From an uncultured delta proteobacterium (GTDB taxonomy: Bacteria; Myxococcota; Myxococcia; Myxococcales; Anaeromyxobacteraceae), in NCBI GenBank assembly GCA_963828255.1, contig CAWHDZ010000011.1:200008-264007 (forward strand): a stretch of 64,000 bases of DNA, given 5' to 3'. Position numbers and translations under genes: made by a program. The notes below the pieces were generated by a model, which searched no databases, was not told the origin of the DNA, and saw nothing but the letters and a program-made list of their open reading frames with translations. Shown in pieces: positions 22,167-36,837 of this stretch (the stretch's first letter is position 1; every line of letters begins with the position of its first letter).

Positions 22167-23420
22167 TCAGGCGGGGGTGGGACGGAAGCGCGCGGCGAGG
22201 TCGGAGAGCGCCACTGGCGTCTCCTCGCGCGTGACCATGTCCTTGAGCTTCGCCTGGCCGCTCGACGCCTCGTTGCCGCCGATGACCACGGCGTAGCGTG
22301 CGCCCACCCGCTCGGCCTGCTTGAACTGCCGGGCGAGCTTGCCCCCGCGCGCGTCGAGGTCGCAGGCCACCCCGGCACGGCGCAGGTCGGCGGCGCGGCG
22401 CATGGCCTCCCGCCGCCCGGCGTCGTCGGCCGAGACGAAGAAGACGACGGGGCGGGTCAACGGCACGGGCCGCCCGGCGGCCTCGAGGATGAGCGCGAGC
22501 CGCTCCTCCCCCATTCCGAACCCGATTCCGGGAGTGGGCGGCCCTCCCAGGGTCTCGACGAGGCCGTCGTAACGCCCTCCGCCGGCCACGGCCGACTGGG
22601 ATCCCAGGGCGTCGCTGGTGAACTCGTAGGCGGTGCGGACGTAGTAATCGAGGCCGCGCACCAGGCGCGGGTTCACCTGGTAGGGCACGCCGAGGTCGTC
22701 GAGCCCCTGCCGGACCGCCTCGAAGTGGGCGCGGCAACCGTCGCAGAGCCGGGCGAGGAGCCGGGGCGCCTCGGCCAGCACCGGCTGGCAGGAGGGGACC
22801 TTGCAGTCGAGCACCCTGAGCGGATTGCGCTCGGTCCGCTCCCTGCAATCGGAGCAGAGGACGGCGCCGCGCTCGCGCAACCAGCCGCGCAGCTCCTCCA
22901 GGTAGGCGGGGCGGCAGGCCGCGTCGCCGACGCTGTTGACCTGCACCACCGGTGCGACCCCGAGCCTGCGGAACAGGTCGGCGAGCATGGCGATCTGCTC
23001 CACGTCGACGTCCGGCTCGGCGATGCCGAAGGCCTCCACGCCGATCTGGTGGAACTGCCGGTAGCGCCCCTTCTGCGGCCGCTCGCGGCGGAACATGGGG
23101 CCGACGTAGAACCACTTCTGCGGCCCTTCGACGTGGGCGCCGTGCTCGATGTAGGCGCGGACGGTCCCGGCGGTCCCCTCGGGACGGAGGGCGAGCTTCT
23201 CCTCCCCCTTGTCCTCGAAGACGTACATCTCCTTGTTGACGATGTCGGTCGCCTCGCCCACTCCGCGGGCGTAGAGGGCGTAGGGCTCGACGACGGGCGT
23301 CCGGACCTCGCGGTAGCCATGCAGCGCGAAGACCTCGCGCGCCACCTGCTCGATCTCCTGCCAGCGGCCGACCGCCGCGGGCAGGATGTCGTTCATCCCC
23401 TTGACGCCGTTGATCTTCAC
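22167..23420 (-). CDS. hisS: Histidine--tRNA ligase
   Basis: LRPEGTA, FRRERPQKGRYRQF, RGLDYY, GGGRYDGL. Confidence 0.96.
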   Translation of the reverse strand: MKINGVKGMNDILPAAVGRWQEIEQVAREVFALHGYREVRTPVVEPYALYARGVGEATDIVNKEMYVFEDKGEEKLALRPEGTAGTVRAYIEHGAHVEGPQKWFYVGPMFRRERPQKGRYRQFHQIGVEAFGIAEPDVDVEQIAMLADLFRRLGVAPVVQVNSVGDAACRPAYLEELRGWLRERGAVLCSDCRERTERNPLRVLDCKVPSCQPVLAEAPRLLARLCDGCRAHFEAVRQGLDDLGVPYQVNPRLVRGLDYYVRTAYEFTSDALGSQSAVAGGGRYDGLVETLGGPPTPGIGFGMGEERLALILEAAGRPVPLTRPVVFFVSADDAGRREAMRRAADLRRAGVACDLDARGGKLARQFKQAERVGARYAVVIGGNEASSGQAKLKDMVTREETPVALSDLAARFRPTPA

Positions 23421-23452
23421 GCGGGCCGTTCTAGACCACGGTTCCGCAGCGG

Positions 23453-24304
23453 TCAAACCGCGCGGCCGCCGATGGCCTCGCCCACCCGGACCCGGGCGCC
23501 CGGCACGAGCCCGGGAGCGAAGGCCACCCGCCCCGGCTCGAAGAGCAGGATCACGGTGGAGCCCATCTCGAAGGCCCCGAGTTCCTGCCCCTTCGCGACC
23601 GGGATGGGCGTGGCGTAGTCCCTGGCCTGCGCCCCGGCCCCGGCCAGGTTCGTCACCGGGACCTCGGGGTCGTAGCTGGCCCGCACCCGCCCCACCACGG
23701 TGGCCCCGACCGCCACGATGGCGACGAGCCCGAGCGGCGAGTCGAGCAGCGTGACCAGCCGCTCGTTCACCGTGAAGAGCCCGGGCACGTTCTTCACCGA
23801 GGCCGCGTTCACCGGCCAGAGCTTCCCCGGGACGTAGCGCCAGCCCAGGACGCGCCCGGGGAGCGGGAAGTGGATGCGGTGGTAGTCCCGCGGCGAGAGG
23901 TAGAGCGTGGCGTAGCGGCCGCCCTCGAGCCGCGCCCCCACCCGCTCGTCGCCCACCAGGGCCGACGCGGTGTAGTCGATGCCCTTGGCCTGGACGAGCC
24001 TCCCGCCCTCGGCGACCCCGGCCTCGGAGACCAGCGCGTCCACCGGGGAGACCAACACGTCGTCGCCCGGGGCGACGGGGCGGAGCCCGGGACGGAGCGG
24101 CCGGGCGAAGAACTGGCCGAAGGTCGCGAAGCCCCCGAGGTCGCCGCACTCGCCGAGGTCGATCCGGTAGCGGCGCGCGAAGGCGTTCATCAGCACCGGC
24201 CCGACCGGTCCGGGCAAGGGCAGCCGCGTGGCCGCCCCCACGACCCGGGAGAGGGCGTTCTTCGGGACGAGGCGGAGGGCGGCGATGAAGGCGCGTTCGT
24301 TCAC
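23453..24304 (-). CDS. psd: Phosphatidylserine decarboxylase
   Basis: [22 protein letters not shown] pyruvoyl cleavage motif. Confidence 0.92.
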   Translation of the reverse strand: MNERAFIAALRLVPKNALSRVVGAATRLPLPGPVGPVLMNAFARRYRIDLGECGDLGGFATFGQFFARPLRPGLRPVAPGDDVLVSPVDALVSEAGVAEGGRLVQAKGIDYTASALVGDERVGARLEGGRYATLYLSPRDYHRIHFPLPGRVLGWRYVPGKLWPVNAASVKNVPGLFTVNERLVTLLDSPLGLVAIVAVGATVVGRVRASYDPEVPVTNLAGAGAQARDYATPIPVAKGQELGAFEMGSTVILLFEPGRVAFAPGLVPGARVRVGEAIGGRAV

Positions 24305-24364
24305 GGCCGGCCAGTGTATCCGACCCTCCGCGCGCGCGCCCTGGACTCGTGCTAGAGGCAGGGA

Positions 24365-26005
24365 ATGGACGAGATCCGCGCCCCGCGAGGCACCACCCTC
24401 TCCTGCCGGGGCTGGGTCCAGGAGGCCGCCCTCCGGATGCTCATGAACAACCTCGACCCGGAGGTGGCCGAGCGCCCCCAGGACCTGGTGGTCTACGGCG
24501 GCACCGGGAAGGCGGCGCGGAACTGGGAGAGCTACCACCGCATCGTGGCGGCGCTGCGCGACCTGCGCGACGACGAGACCCTGCTCGTGCAGAGCGGCAA
24601 GCCGGTGGGCGTGGTCGGCACCCACCCCGACGCGCCGCGCGTGCTCATCGCAAACTCGAACCTGGTCGGGCGCTGGGCCACCTGGGAGCACTTCCGGGAC
24701 CTGGAGGCCCGCGGCCTCATGATGTACGGCCAGATGACGGCCGGCTCCTGGATCTACATCGGCACCCAGGGGATCCTGCAGGGCACCTACGAGACCTTCG
24801 CGCAGGCTGGACGGACCCACTTCGGCTCGGACGACCTCGCCGGGCGCCTCGTCCTCTCCGGCGGCCTCGGTGGGATGGGGGGCGCGCAACCGCTCGCCGC
24901 GACCATGCTGGGCGCCGCCTACCTCGGGGTGGACGTGGACCCGGAGCGGATCGGGCGGCGGGTGGCCCAGGGCTACCTCGACGAAGGGGCGGACTCGCTC
25001 GACGACGCCCTCTCCCGGCTCGACGCCGCCCGGCGGGAGCGGCGCCCGCTCTCGGTGGGGCTGTGCGGGAACGCGGCCGGGGTCTACCCGGAGCTGGTCC
25101 GGCGCGGCATCGCCCCCGACCTGGTCACCGACCAGACCTCGGCCCACGACCCGCTCCACGGCTACGTGCCGGCCGGGCTCTCCCTGGCCGAGGTTGCTTC
25201 ACTTCGCGTGAATGACCCGGCGCAGGTGGTCCGCCGCGCGAAGGAGTCCATGGGGGTCCAGGTGGAGGCCATGCTGGCGCTCCGGGCGCTGGGCAGCCAG
25301 GTCTTCGACTACGGCAACAACCTGCGCGCCGGGGCGCAGGACGCCGGCGTGGCCCGGGCCTTCGACTACCCGGGCTTCGTCCCGGCCTACATCCGGCCTC
25401 TCTTCTGCGAGGGGCAGGGCCCCTTCCGCTGGGCCGCCCTCTCCGGCGACCCGGCCGACATCGCCGCCACCGACGCCGCGGTGGCCCGCCTCTTCCCGGA
25501 GAAGCGCGGCCTGCTCCGCTGGCTCGACCTCGCCGCACGCAAGGTGAAGTTCCAGGGGCTCCCGGCCCGCATCTGCTGGCTCGGGTACGGCGAGCGGGAC
25601 CGGGCCGGCCTGGCCTTCAACGAGATGGTGCGACGGGGGGAACTGCGCGCCCCGGTGGTCATCGGGCGCGACCACCTCGACTGCGGCTCGGTGGCGTCGC
25701 CCAACCGCGAGACCGAGGCCATGAAGGACGGCTCCGACGCGGTGGCCGACTGGCCCATCCTGAACGCGCTGCTCAACGCCGTGAACGGCGCCTCCTGGGT
25801 GAGCTTTCACCACGGTGGCGGGGTGGGAATCGGCTACTCGCTCCACGCCGGTCAGGTCGTGGTGGCCGACGGCACCGACGCCGCAGCACGCCGGGTGGCC
25901 CGGGTGCTGCGCGGCGACCCGGCCATGGGCGTCCTCCGCCACGCCGACGCCGGATATCCCGAGGCGCAGGCCGTGGCCCGGGAGCGCGGCGTGAGGATCC
26001 CGTGA
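24365..26005 (+). CDS. hutU: Urocanate hydratase
   Basis: [39 protein letters not shown]. Confidence 0.97.
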   Translation: MDEIRAPRGTTLSCRGWVQEAALRMLMNNLDPEVAERPQDLVVYGGTGKAARNWESYHRIVAALRDLRDDETLLVQSGKPVGVVGTHPDAPRVLIANSNLVGRWATWEHFRDLEARGLMMYGQMTAGSWIYIGTQGILQGTYETFAQAGRTHFGSDDLAGRLVLSGGLGGMGGAQPLAATMLGAAYLGVDVDPERIGRRVAQGYLDEGADSLDDALSRLDAARRERRPLSVGLCGNAAGVYPELVRRGIAPDLVTDQTSAHDPLHGYVPAGLSLAEVASLRVNDPAQVVRRAKESMGVQVEAMLALRALGSQVFDYGNNLRAGAQDAGVARAFDYPGFVPAYIRPLFCEGQGPFRWAALSGDPADIAATDAAVARLFPEKRGLLRWLDLAARKVKFQGLPARICWLGYGERDRAGLAFNEMVRRGELRAPVVIGRDHLDCGSVASPNRETEAMKDGSDAVADWPILNALLNAVNGASWVSFHHGGGVGIGYSLHAGQVVVADGTDAAARRVARVLRGDPAMGVLRHADAGYPEAQAVARERGVRIP

Positions 26006-27279
26006 CTCCCACGCTGGCCGTCCGCCGTGCCTCCCTCGCCACCTGCGACCGGGGCCCCTCCGACGCGGGGATCCTCGCCGATGGCGCGCTCGTGGTGCAG
26101 GACGGCGCGGTGTGCTGGATCGGGCCGGACGCCGAGGCGGAGAAGCGCTTCGACCTCTCGTCCACCTTCCAGATCGACGCACGCGGCCGGCTCGTCACCC
26201 CGGGGCTCGTGGACTGCCACACGCACCTCCTGTTCGGGGACCGGGGCGAGCGGGAGGAGGAGTTCGCCGAGCTCGCCTCGGGTGTGCCCTACGTCGAGAT
26301 CGCCCGCCGGGGCGGGGGCATCCTGGCAACGGCGCGGGCCACGCGGGAGTCGTCCGACGAGGCGCTGGTCTGGGGCGCGGTGGCCCGGGCCCGCCGCCTG
26401 CTCGCCCAGGGCGTGACCACGGTGGAGGTGAAGAGCGGCTACGGGCTCTCCGTGGCCGAGGAGCTCCGGATGCTGCGGCTCGTCCGGGAGGTGGCCCGGT
26501 CGCTCTCGGGCGAGATGACCGTGGCGCCGACGCTGCTCGCGCTCCACGCCGTCCCGCCGGAGCTTCGCGGCGACCGCGCCGCCTGGGTCCGGGAGGTGCT
26601 CGAGGTCCTCCTTCCTGCGGTGGCAGCCGGCCGGCTCGCCGGCTTCTGCGACGCCTTCGTGGCCCCGACCGCCTTCGGGGTGGAGGATGCGCGCCGCGTG
26701 CTCGAGGCGGGCCGCGCCCTGGGGCTCGTCCCGCGGCTCCACGCCGACCAGCTCTCCGACGACGGTGCCGCCCTGCTCGCCGCCGAGGTGGGAGCGTCCT
26801 CGGCCGACCACCTGGAGAACGTGAGCGAGGCCGGCATCACCGCCATGGCCCGGGCAGGCGTGGTGGCGGGGCTGCTCCCCACCTCCACCCTGCTCGCCCG
26901 GGTCCGGCCCTTCGCACCCGGGCGACGCCTCGTGGACGCGGGCGTGGCGGTGGCGCTCGCGACCAACGTGAACCCCGGCACGGCGATGAGCGAGAACGTG
27001 GGGCTCACCCTCTCGCTCGCCTGCCTGGAGGGAGGGCTGACCCCGCCGGAGGTGCTGGTGGCGGCCACCGCCGGCGGAGCGCTCGCGCTGCGGCTCGCGG
27101 ACGCGGGGCGGCTCGCGCCCGGGATGGCGGCCGATCTGGTTCTCTGGGGGGCGCGGTCCCCGGCCCACCTCTGCTGGCACGTCGGCGTGAACCACGCGTT
27201 GCTGGTGGTGAAGGGCGGCCGCGTCGTCCACCGGGCCGAGGGCTGGTCGGCGGCGGATTGCGCGGCGGGTCTCTCCTGA
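26002..27279 (+). CDS. hutI: Imidazolonepropionase
   Basis: DCHTH, KSGYGL, HADQL, ADHL; GTGA overlap with hutU. Confidence 0.93.
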   Translation: MTPTLAVRRASLATCDRGPSDAGILADGALVVQDGAVCWIGPDAEAEKRFDLSSTFQIDARGRLVTPGLVDCHTHLLFGDRGEREEEFAELASGVPYVEIARRGGGILATARATRESSDEALVWGAVARARRLLAQGVTTVEVKSGYGLSVAEELRMLRLVREVARSLSGEMTVAPTLLALHAVPPELRGDRAAWVREVLEVLLPAVAAGRLAGFCDAFVAPTAFGVEDARRVLEAGRALGLVPRLHADQLSDDGAALLAAEVGASSADHLENVSEAGITAMARAGVVAGLLPTSTLLARVRPFAPGRRLVDAGVAVALATNVNPGTAMSENVGLTLSLACLEGGLTPPEVLVAATAGGALALRLADAGRLAPGMAADLVLWGARSPAHLCWHVGVNHALLVVKGGRVVHRAEGWSAADCAAGLS

Positions 27280-27520
27280 GCGGGCGGCAAGTTGGCCGGG
27301 CCGAGCTTTGGTCGGGACCGCGGGGGTCGCGCACACCGTCCGTTCCGCGGACCTTCGGCCAGTTGGGGTGTGCGCGAACGAAGCTATTGACAGCGCTTCC
27401 GTGAGAGTCGGCTTCGGTGAAGCGGTGGCCGAAGGAATGTTCCTGTCGCTGCGCAGGAGCCTCGTCCGCGGGACTTCGCCGCGTCTGGCGAGGTTCGAGA
27501 TCTCCGGGCGAAAGGACGCG

Positions 27521-28490
27521 ATGGCGGGGATCCTCGTGCGTTCCAGGGGGCCCGATCCTTCCACTCCCGACTCACCGACCTCCTTCGCGTCGAGTTCGTT
27601 TCACTGGACGCCTTCCTCGAGGCCCTGGCCGAGTTCGACCAGCGAAAGCTCTTCCGCACCCTCGGCCACGCGGACCTCTTCGCGTATCTCCACAAGGGGT
27701 TGAAGCTCTCGCGCGCGGCGGCTCATCACCGGCGCGCCGCCGCATGGCTCGTCCAGCGAGTCCCCGAGGTGCTGGAACCGATCCGCGAATGGAAGCTGTG
27801 CTTCACCACCGCGTCGGTGCTGGCCTCGGTTGCGACGGAGGAGAACCTGGCCGCGGTGCTTCCGCGATTCTACGGCCTCTCCAAGCAGGAGGCGCTGGGA
27901 CTGGCGGCGGAGCTGAAGCCGCGGACGGTGGTCCCGAGGAGGACGGTGGCCAACCGTGTGCAACCGTCTCGGCCGGTGGACCCGGTCGCGGAGGTGAGAC
28001 AGACGGTTCCGGAAATTCGCCCAGGCGAACTCTGGGCGCCCCGGACGGGGGCGGAACGGTCCGTCGTGGAGCGGACGGCCGTCGAGCCGATGACCGCCTC
28101 GTCGAGCCGGATGCACGTCACGGTTTCACGGGAGTTCCTGGCTCTCTTGAAGAAGGCGAAGGCGGGGGACTCGCACCGGAATCCAGGGGCGAGCGACGAG
28201 GAGGTGCTCACGGCGGCGCTGCTGTTGCTCATCGAGAAGCAGGCGAAGCGGAAGGCCTGCGTGCCGGCCAGGGTGAAGCGCGAGATCGCGAAGAGGGACG
28301 AGGGGAGATGCCAATGGAAGCTGGCCGATGGAGGAGTCTGCGGGGCGACGGTGAGGCTGGAGGTGGACCACGAGGTGCCGCGCGCCAGGCCTACGGCGAC
28401 GCGCACATGGACCATTTCACCCGTGGTGGATCTTCCGGCGACGTCACGTTGGCGCGGGAGGACGTCGCGGCCTACGGGGTGGAATCCGCT
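27521..28490 (+). pseudogene. Disrupted HNH endonuclease gene
   Basis: Body reads ...RDEGRCQWKLADGGVCGATVRLEVDHEVPR, then jumps frame with no N/H catalytic segment; the RBS-linked ATG at 27521 is out of frame with the body. Confidence 0.7.
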
Positions 28491-28537
28491 CCTCCCCGGC
28501 TGCGCTGGCGTCGGGGGGGCGCTACGATACGGGAACG

Positions 28538-29362
28538 ATGTGCCGCCTCTTCGGCCAACTCTCCTCCGCCCACCGCACGGCCTGCCAGCCGCTCTGCAGC
28601 GCCGAGAACGCGCTGCGGACCCAGTCGCATCTCCACCCGCACGGCTGGGGCATCGCCTGGTACGGCGCGCGCGGCCCCCAGGTCCGCCGCGGGGTGATGG
28701 CGGCCCACGCCGACCTGGACTTCGTCCGGGCCGGGAGACGCGCCCGCTCCCGCATCGTGCTGGCGCACGTGCGCGACGCCAGCGTCGGCCGGGTGGCGCT
28801 CGAGAACACCCACCCCTTCGTCGAGGGGCCCTGGGTCTTCGCCCACAACGGGACCGTGGCCCGCTACAAGCGCTCCCGCGCGGTCCGGGAAGCACTGATC
28901 GCCGCCATCTCGCCGGCTCGTCGCCGGGCGCTCCGCGGGGAGACCGACAGCGAGCGCTGCTTCCAGCTCTTCCTGTCGCGGCTCGACCTGCGCACCGGGC
29001 GTGGCCGGGCCACCGTCGAGGAGGTCCGCACCGCGATGGCGGACACGGTGGCGATCGTCCGCGCGGTCGCCGACCGGGGCGAGCTGCGCTCCACCCTCAA
29101 CTTCCTGGTCTCGGACGGACGCCTGCTCTGCGCCTGCCGCCTCGGCAAGCCGCTCCACGTCTCGACCGGCGCCGGACCAGGCCGGATCTTCGCGGTGGCC
29201 AGCGAGCCCATCGGACGTTCGGGCTGGGAGGTGGTCCCGGAGGGCGGCTTCGTCGGCGTGGACGGCGCCCTGCGGGTGATGCGGGCCCCGCTCGGGATCA
29301 GCGGGCCCGCGGGGCCAGCGCCCGGGCCAGCCCGGCGTGCCGCTCCCCAACCCCGACGATGA
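28538..29362 (+). CDS. Class II glutamine amidotransferase (YafJ/EgtC-like)
   Basis: MCRLFG N-terminal Cys, HGWG, AHVR, NTHPF, HNG, TDSE. Confidence 0.9.
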   Translation: MCRLFGQLSSAHRTACQPLCSAENALRTQSHLHPHGWGIAWYGARGPQVRRGVMAAHADLDFVRAGRRARSRIVLAHVRDASVGRVALENTHPFVEGPWVFAHNGTVARYKRSRAVREALIAAISPARRRALRGETDSERCFQLFLSRLDLRTGRGRATVEEVRTAMADTVAIVRAVADRGELRSTLNFLVSDGRLLCACRLGKPLHVSTGAGPGRIFAVASEPIGRSGWEVVPEGGFVGVDGALRVMRAPLGISGPAGPAPGPARRAAPQPRR

Positions 29363-29792
29363 CCAGGCGGCGGCCGGAGGGGCACCCGTCCTCGTGGGAG
29401 AGCCGGATCTCCAGACGCTCGGCCGGGAGAGCGCCCGGGAAGCGGTCGGCCCACTCCACCACGGTGGCCCCGGACCGCCCCACCAGGTCGTGGAACCCGG
29501 TGGCGTGGAGCTCGTCCTCGTCGCCCACCCGGTACAGGTCGGCGTGATTCACCAATAGTCTACCCCGGTAGGTGGCCACGATGGCGAAGGTGGGGCTCGA
29601 GACCTCGCCGTCGGGGACCCCGGCCCCGGTACAGATGCCGCGGGCCAGCTGGGTCTTCCCGGCGCCGAGCTCCCCGGAGAGGGCCACCACGTCCCCCTCG
29701 CCGAGCCTCCGTCCGATGCGCTCGCCGAGCCTTCGGGTCTCGCCCGCCGACCGGCTGGTGCGCTCGAGGCGCACCACCGCCGGCTGGCTCAC
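29298..29792 (-). CDS. tsaE: tRNA t6A biosynthesis ATPase
   Basis: GELGAGKT, SSPTF, HADLYR, VEW. Confidence 0.93.
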   Translation of the reverse strand: MSQPAVVRLERTSRSAGETRRLGERIGRRLGEGDVVALSGELGAGKTQLARGICTGAGVPDGEVSSPTFAIVATYRGRLLVNHADLYRVGDEDELHATGFHDLVGRSGATVVEWADRFPGALPAERLEIRLSHEDGCPSGRRLVIVGVGERHAGLARALAPRAR

Positions 29793-31327
29793 CGGCCCCA
29801 CTCGGCCCAGACCGCGCCGATGGCCTCGGCCAGGTCCCCGGCCACCATCCCGCGCTCGCCGTGCCGGCTCGCCGCGATGTCGCCGGCGCGCCCGTGCACC
29901 CATGCGGCCACCCGCGCCGCCTCGCGCGGGCGCATCCCGCCGGCCAGCAGCGCTCCCAGGAGTCCCGCCAGCACGTCTCCGGTCCCGCCGGTGGCCATGC
30001 CCGGGTTCCCGGTGGGGATGATCGCAGCAGGGCCGTCCGGGTCGGCCACCACCGTCCGCGCTCCCTTGAGCACCACCACCGCGCCCCATTCCTGCGCCTT
30101 GCGGCGGGCGATGGCGACCCGGTCGGCCTGGACGTCCTCGATGCTGCCCCCGATGAGCCTGGCCATCTCGCCCGGGTGCGGAGTGAGCACGATGGGCGCG
30201 TCGTGCCCGATGACCGCGACCAGCCCCGGGTGGTCGGCCAGCGCGTTGATGGCGTCGGCGTCGAGGACCGTGGGGAGCGGGTGGCGGTCGAGCAGGCCGC
30301 GGATGGCCGGGGCGGTCTCCGGGCCGCGGGGGATGCCCGGGCCGATGCAGAGCGCGTTGGCGCTCGCCGCGGCGCCCTGGAGCGCCGGGATGTCGCTCCG
30401 GCTCAGGCTGCCGGTCCCCGGGAGCGGCGTGCTCATGGCCTCCGGCCGCCCCGCCAGGGCAGGGCCGAGCACCTCCGGGCGGGAGGCCAGGGTCACGAGC
30501 CCCACGCCGCCGCGCAGCGCGCCGGTGAGCGCCAGATTGGCCGCGCCGGTCCGGCCGGCCGAGCCGGCCACGATGAGCAGCCGCCCCGCGTCTCCCTTGT
30601 GGGCCTCGCGGTCGCGGCGCGGGACGAGCGCGCGAACGGTCGCCTCGTCGAGGAGCTCGGCCGAGGCGAGGATGCGCGCGGCGGCCGCCGGGGGGATGCC
30701 GATGTCCACGACGGTGACGTCGCCGGCCAGGTCGGCGCCCGGCTGGAGGACCAGGCTCACCTTGGAGAAGGCGAAGGTGACGGTGGCGTCGGCCCGGACG
30801 GCAGGGCCGACGGCGTGCCCGGTGTCGGTGGAGAGCCCGGACGGGAGATCCACCGCGAGGACCAGGGCCCCCTGCTCGCGCAGCCCGGCGATGATCTCGA
30901 TGGCGGCCGCGAAATTTCCCTCGGCCGGACGCTCGAGCCCCGTGCCGAAGATGGCGTCCACGACCAGGTCGCCGCGGCGGACCGGGAAGTCCCTCAGCGC
31001 CTGGATCCCGGAGACGGGGATTCCGGCATCCTCGGCCGCCTTCCACGCGGCGGTGGACTCGGGACTCCCCTTCCCGGGCGCGCCCAGCGCGACGACCAGC
31101 ACCCCGCGACCCGCCGCCCCGAGGATCCGGGCGGCCACGAAGCCGTCGCCGCCGTTGTTCCCGCCTCCGCAGACCACGACGATCCGCCCGTCCTGCCCGG
31201 CCAGGCCGATGGCCGCGTCGGCCACGGCCCGCCCGGCCCGGTCCATGAGCGTCGCGGCCGGGATCCCCATCTCCTCGATGGCGATCCGCTCGATGGCCCG
31301 AATCTCCTCCGCGTTCACCAGCCTCAT
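29789..31327 (-). CDS. nnr: Bifunctional NAD(P)H-hydrate epimerase/dehydratase
   Basis: GNNGGDG, DAIFGTG, HKG, TPHPGE, GGTGDVLAG. Confidence 0.93.
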   Translation of the reverse strand: MRLVNAEEIRAIERIAIEEMGIPAATLMDRAGRAVADAAIGLAGQDGRIVVVCGGGNNGGDGFVAARILGAAGRGVLVVALGAPGKGSPESTAAWKAAEDAGIPVSGIQALRDFPVRRGDLVVDAIFGTGLERPAEGNFAAAIEIIAGLREQGALVLAVDLPSGLSTDTGHAVGPAVRADATVTFAFSKVSLVLQPGADLAGDVTVVDIGIPPAAAARILASAELLDEATVRALVPRRDREAHKGDAGRLLIVAGSAGRTGAANLALTGALRGGVGLVTLASRPEVLGPALAGRPEAMSTPLPGTGSLSRSDIPALQGAAASANALCIGPGIPRGPETAPAIRGLLDRHPLPTVLDADAINALADHPGLVAVIGHDAPIVLTPHPGEMARLIGGSIEDVQADRVAIARRKAQEWGAVVVLKGARTVVADPDGPAAIIPTGNPGMATGGTGDVLAGLLGALLAGGMRPREAARVAAWVHGRAGDIAASRHGERGMVAGDLAEAIGAVWAEWGR

Positions 31328-31716
31328 TCGCGACCTCCCTCGAGGACCACGACGGCGGCCGCGACGCCGGCGTCGTGCGTCAGGGACAGGTGGACGCGGG
31401 ACACCCCGCGCTCCCGGGCCGCCCGTTCGGCGACCCCGGACAGACGCAGCCGCGGCGCCCCATCCTCCCGTTCCACTTCCACGTCGGTCCAGTGGATCCC
31501 GGTGGGCGCGCCCAGGGCCTTGGATGCGGCCTCCTTGGCCGCGAAGCGCGCAGCGTACGGAGTGGCGCGGTCGGCCCGGGCGTCGCAGAAGCGTCTTTCA
31601 CTTTCCGTGAAGCACCGGCGCAGGAAGCGCTCGGCCGTCCCGGCGCTCGCCCCCTCGCCGACCAGCCGCCGGATGCGCGCCACCTCGACCACGTCGATCC
31701 CCAGCCCCAGGATCAC
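31324..31716 (-). CDS. acpS: Holo-ACP synthase
   Basis: GLGIDVV, RFAAKEA, LSLTHD. Confidence 0.94.
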   Translation of the reverse strand: MILGLGIDVVEVARIRRLVGEGASAGTAERFLRRCFTESERRFCDARADRATPYAARFAAKEAASKALGAPTGIHWTDVEVEREDGAPRLRLSGVAERAARERGVSRVHLSLTHDAGVAAAVVVLEGGRE

Positions 31717-32444
31717 GGTGCGCCCCGGGAGAGCAGGTCCTTCATCTCGCGGACCGCCCGCTCGAAGCCCACGAGGAGCGCCCGGGCCACGATGGCGTGG
31801 CCGATGTTGAGCTCCTCGATCTCCCGGATGGCCACCACCGGAAGCACGTTCTGGTAGTTGAGGCCGTGACCGGCGGCCACCTGGAGCCCGAGCTTGGCCC
31901 CGGTCTTGGCGGCGTCCACGACCCGGGCGAGCTCCCTCCGCCGGTCGTCGGGGGTGCGGGCGTCGCAGTAGCGTCCGGTGTGGATCTCGATGGCGTGGGC
32001 CTCGAGCCGGACGGCCGCCTTCACCTGATCGGGGTCGGGATCGATGAAGAGCGAGACCATCACCTCCGCGTCCCGCAGTGTCTTCACGACCCGGGCCACC
32101 GTGTCGCGCCCCCGGATCACGTCGAGCCCACCCTCGGTGGTCAGCTCCTCGCGCCGCTCGGGCACCAGCGTCACCTCATCGGGGCGCAGCGCGTGTGCGA
32201 CCTTCACCATCTCCGGGGTGGCCGCCATCTCGAGGTTGAGCCGGGTGGTGACGGTCTTCCGCATCACCTCCAGGTCGCGGTCCTGGATGTGGCGCCGGTC
32301 CTCCCGGAGGTGGATGGTGATCTGGTCGGCGCCGGCCAGCTCGGCCAGGATGGCCGCCGCGACCGGGTCCGGGTAGGCGGCGCGCCTCGCCTGCCGGAGG
32401 GTGGCGACGTGGTCGACGTTTACGCCGAGGCGGGGTCCGGGCAT
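31713..32444 (-). CDS. pdxJ: Pyridoxine 5'-phosphate synthase
   Basis: [33 protein letters not shown]. Confidence 0.96.
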   Translation of the reverse strand: MPGPRLGVNVDHVATLRQARRAAYPDPVAAAILAELAGADQITIHLREDRRHIQDRDLEVMRKTVTTRLNLEMAATPEMVKVAHALRPDEVTLVPERREELTTEGGLDVIRGRDTVARVVKTLRDAEVMVSLFIDPDPDQVKAAVRLEAHAIEIHTGRYCDARTPDDRRRELARVVDAAKTGAKLGLQVAAGHGLNYQNVLPVVAIREIEELNIGHAIVARALLVGFERAVREMKDLLSRGAP

Positions 32445-32485
32445 GGCGCGAATCTAGCGCGGTCCGGCCCCGCCGGGGGGCCCTT

Positions 32486-33889
<1,404 letters not shown>

Positions 33890-33910
33890 GGATACCTCCC
33901 TGGCGACAGT

Positions 33911-34714
33911 CTAGACGCTCGTGCCGGATTGGCCAGAAGCCCGAAGGGCCGCCGCCACCAGGATCGCCTGGCGGGAGGCCGCGACATCGTGCACCCGGAT
34001 GAAGGTGGCCCCGCCCAGGACCGCCGCGGTGACGGCAGCCAGCGTGCCGGGGAGCCGCTCCTCCGGGGGCGCGCCGGTGAGGGCGCCGATGAAGCTCTTG
34101 CGGGAAGGCCCGACCAGGAGCGGGCGCCCCAGGGAAAGGAGCGCGGGGAGGCGCGCCAGGATCTCCACGCTCTGCCCGGCCGTCTTGGCGAAGCCGATCC
34201 CGGGGTCGAGGACGATGCGCTCCCGGCCCACGCCGGCCGCCTCGGCCCGGGCCATGGCGGCTGCGAGTTCGGCCCTGACCTCCGCCACCAGGTCGTGGTA
34301 GGTGGCGCGCTCCCGCATGTCGCCCGGGGTGCCCCGCATGTGCATGAGGACCACCGGGGATCCGGACCCGGCGACGACCCGGGCCATCTCGGGGTCGGCG
34401 AGCGCGCGAACGTCGTTGACGAGGGCGGCCCCTGCGTCGAGCGCCGCCCGCGCCACCGCCGCCTTGGATGTGTCGATCGACACCGGCAGCGGGAAGCGCG
34501 CGCGCGAAAGCGCCTGGAGCACCGGGATCACCCGGGCGAGTTCCTCCTCCTCCGGGACCGGAGGCGCGCCCGGCCGGGTGGACTCGCCTCCCACGTCCAC
34601 GAGGTCGGCCCCCTCCGACGCCATGCGGAGCGCTTGCTCCACGGCGGCGCCCGGGTCGAGGAACCGGCCGCCGTCGGAGAAGGAGTCGGGCGTGACGTTC
34701 AGCACTCCGACCAC
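33911..34714 (-). CDS. folP: Dihydropteroate synthase (true start may lie upstream)
   Basis: NVTPDSFSDGG, GGESTRPG, DPGIGF, SRKSF, RVHDV. Confidence 0.94.
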   Translation of the reverse strand: MVGVLNVTPDSFSDGGRFLDPGAAVEQALRMASEGADLVDVGGESTRPGAPPVPEEEELARVIPVLQALSRARFPLPVSIDTSKAAVARAALDAGAALVNDVRALADPEMARVVAGSGSPVVLMHMRGTPGDMRERATYHDLVAEVRAELAAAMARAEAAGVGRERIVLDPGIGFAKTAGQSVEILARLPALLSLGRPLLVGPSRKSFIGALTGAPPEERLPGTLAAVTAAVLGGATFIRVHDVAASRQAILVAAALRASGQSGTSV

Positions 34715-34792
34715 GAACGCGCCAGGGGGCGCGAAGTCGCGCCCCCCGATGCGGATCGACGGCGTGAACAGGACGGGGCCCCGGGACGTGGC

Positions 34793-36718
<1,926 letters not shown>

Positions 36719-36837
36719 TTTCCGAAACCTCTTCCCGGGGGTCTTCCCCGTCCGCGACGAATAGGACCCCCAATATAACAGCGCGGGGCACCGGTGCAGT
36801 CCGCGATCGGGGGCTCCACCCGCGGAATCCCGGACGT

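Noticed and set aside
24365..27279. hutUI without hutH or hutG
   Set aside because: Split hut loci are common; the other genes may be elsewhere in the genome.
29298..29362. 65-bp convergent overlap of tsaE and the amidotransferase
   Set aside because: Low-complexity tails from late stop codons are common in GC-rich genomes.
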